The notes under the pieces are model-generated. The model was not told where the DNA came from and searched no databases. It saw only the letters and a program-made list of their open reading frames with translations. DNA of 51,159 nucleotides, the filler included, from Jimgerdemannia flammicorona (taxonomy: Eukaryota): NCBI GenBank assembly GCA_003990765.1. It is 2 parts of 2 records of this genome, joined end to end, with 100 filler letters (N's around TTAATTAATTAA, not from the genome) between each part and the next. Parts side by side here need not be neighbours in the genome. Positions count along the whole stretch, not along the records: positions 25,634 to 51,159 come from RBNJ01000823.1; 1 more part is not named here. One strand, given 5' to 3'. Numbering within the stretch: position 1 is the first letter of the stretch; each line of letters opens with the position of its first letter. The translations under genes and the position numbers were made by a program. Below, piece by piece: positions 48,701-51,159 of the stretch.

Positions 48701-51159
48701 CCAATTTGAAAGGATTGCGACAAACTTTCTTTTGAAGCATATCTACTTCTGTGGAAAATTTTGCGAGATTCCACCGCGTTGCCGATGACTGCCAACATTG
48801 TCCCGACAAATGGCACCGAACCTGCATCTCCTACCGGTGTCACCGCTGGCTTCCCTGTTGTCGATATGGATTTGCTTGGTAGTGTGTACGAAATCATGAA
48901 TTATTCGCTTCAGCATGGGCCAGGGACGGACGACCGAATCCGGTTGTTGAAGATGTGCTTGGAAGATTTAAGGGAGCACCATCCTGGAGCTATGTGGGGT
49001 TTGAAAGTGATTATGAAACTAATGTGTAAGTGAGCTGGACGCTTGTTAATCATAAGAAATAAGAGTTTCGAGGAATAGTCATAAATCTAATGATTATATT
49101 ATTCAGCATCGCTATCAAGTACGCCGACCAACGAATCAGCCACACCGAATATTGTTACGCGACTGCAGACCGAATTCAAACTGTTGGACCTATTTTTGGA
49201 CGACTTGGAGCATTGGACACGAACTGCCAAGAGGGCTCTGGTGGAACGGCGATGTAGTGCAACTGTTATATTGAACGAGGAAAGTGGCATGGATCATACA
49301 AGTATGTTACATAACTTTCGCGTCCTGCTAGTACGTTATTTAATGGATTGCTCGAAGATTGACAAAATTATATACATGCATTTTAGGTTGGGTGTCTCCG
49401 CCATCGCCAACAAGCCCGTGTCTTTCCGGGAAACTTACTCCTCTCTCATCGAACTTATTCAGCCGCGAACAGCTATCATCAAGACTCGATTTTTTCCTGT
49501 GGTCGGTCAATCACCAGGCGTTTACGTACTCAGTTGACCAGATGGATGTAGTTTGGAATTGCTTCATAGCCAACCCGGTTGGCACAGAGGAGCGTGATGA
49601 AGCTTTCAAATACCTGGAACAAATCGAAAGTGTAAGATCTTCTCCATTATCTATCGGAAACTTCAGTAAATTCGTTATCCTTTGATGACTTAGTAAATCT
49701 ATTGACTATCTTGTCTTTTTTTCGACTTGTGCGTGTAACAGCATGATGTCTTTACCATGCATTATTTTCGAAACCGGTTGCCGGAGCTTGATGTTCGCTA
49801 CTTCTCACCAACAGCCCTTCAATACGTACTCCGTTGTTTCATATCAGTAAATACCGAAGGTGCCCGGATCGCGAAAATGGTAGGTCGTCGTTATGGGCGA
49901 CATATTTTCATCATAAATATTATAATATAGCATTGTCATATTGTATTGTATTTATCCAAGAAATTCTCTTGCACACACGTATGTGTTAACAAATTCTTTC
50001 GGACGTTTCACGTCCGTACCCGTGAAGGAAATTCAGCAAGACTTATTGCTCGTAAAGGACGATCTTTTGGAAGTGGATCATATATGGAACATCGCCCTTC
50101 ACTGTTTAGACGAAGAAGTTGGAAAGGATGCCGTACGCTTCCTGGCCATATTGCACTTGGATGTTAGTTCGATTTCAACATTGTTTAAACGTTAAGTTTG
50201 CTGAAAGCATGTTTATGACGTCGTTTTGCACCCTGACACACTCTGTGCTTTTCACCCTCCTGCCTTGTCATGTAAAAGACTGAAACTAATAGGACAGAAC
50301 CAGCCGCTTTCGCCAAGAAACAATGGCATAATCTCATTGATAAGTGCTTCGCCCATCTCGCCTCCGCCGCCTTTGTGCTTGCCTCTAAAGATACGCTGAA
50401 AGTGCCCCTAGCACCAGGCGTTGAAACCAATCTTGTGCACACGTTACCCGAGAACGTTACAAAGAACCTAGCGCAAGATTTGTTCTCAAGCAACCGATCA
50501 TTCACTCATGCACTCAAGTTACAGCGGTGCTTGCAGCTATTGAAGATTTTCCTCGACATGTTTGAAGCGAAGCATGTGCTCCCCGACTGGGCAATGCAGA
50601 GACATGGCTATTTGAACGAGAATCACACCATTGTCTTAAAAATCCAAGTGCATTGGGTATGGTATATAATATTTTCTCTTGTCCAATCACTCAATATGAT
50701 TTGTCATCCGATCACGCCATTGATTCTTCCGTTTAATTTCAATACATGTTCTGTAGTCCGGCAAAACAATCGAGCTATCTGTAAACGCATGTGAGACAGT
50801 GCTTATTTTTCGACGACGCGTCGCAAAGTCACTTGGATTCCCTAGGCCAGATTTCGTGCGTTTGGTGAATAAAGGAAAGGAGCTCTCTGCTGAAATGAAT
50901 GGGAAGACACTCAAAGATTTGAGAATCTGCGATCGAGAAGTCGTCATTGTTGTAAAACGACAGCTGGCAAACGGCAGTGCATCCGCAGAAGCTGATACAA
51001 CGGATGGAGTCTCCGAACATGACGATGCGGACTATCCTAATAGTCTCTTATCACAGCCAAAATACTTTGATCGCTTTCTTGATATGTTGCTTTTGGAAGA
51101 GGTTTACGCTTCACAGGTGCGTTTCGGAAATGTAGCAGTCAATATTTTCCTAATCAAAA
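45759..51159 (+). CDS. USP34/USP24/USP9X-family ubiquitin C-terminal hydrolase, 5' part (multi-exon, truncated by window)
   Basis: RLLKSQRLDMRLNGLNDI; WVRDKKILQYIFGPNIHLEIVQRS (cf. USP34 HIFGPNLHIEII); SRLDFFLW; HIWNIALHC; Ubl-like RLVNKGKEL...KTLKDL. The catalytic domain is not in the window. Confidence 0.8.

Overview
Eukaryotic, intron-rich DNA, most likely from an early-diverging fungus (Mucoromycota-like; inferred from gene and TE content). CpG-rich host genes flank a ~31 kb nest of CpG-depleted transposons (~11.7-42.8 kb). Host genes: a head-to-head pair of paralogous bacterial-type AAA-ATPase-like + PD-(D/E)XK genes (3136-7143 minus, 7350-11006 plus) whose N-termini are chains of symmetric phase-1 microexons, a Crinkler-like Ubl+REase gene (43230-44839), and the 5' part of a USP34-like deubiquitinase (45759 onward). 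Transposons: three LINE pieces, a hAT MITE, three Ty3/gypsy elements, a 6.6 kb hAT element and a Sola-like transposase relic. Main candidates for novelty: (1) the hAT element carries a spliced TET/JBP-like 2OG-Fe(II) dioxygenase gene (HxD...H), a possible anti-methylation cargo; (2) a chromovirus has 2 kb LTRs with a ~365-codon U3 ORF and a dUTPase between gag and protease; (3) a C-x-H-x12-C-x2-C module is shared by two different gypsy elements at different polyprotein positions; (4) the ATPase-nuclease pair has one copy with its nuclease active site replaced by a (DEEKG)6 repeat. All family assignments come from manual motif reading, not database searches.
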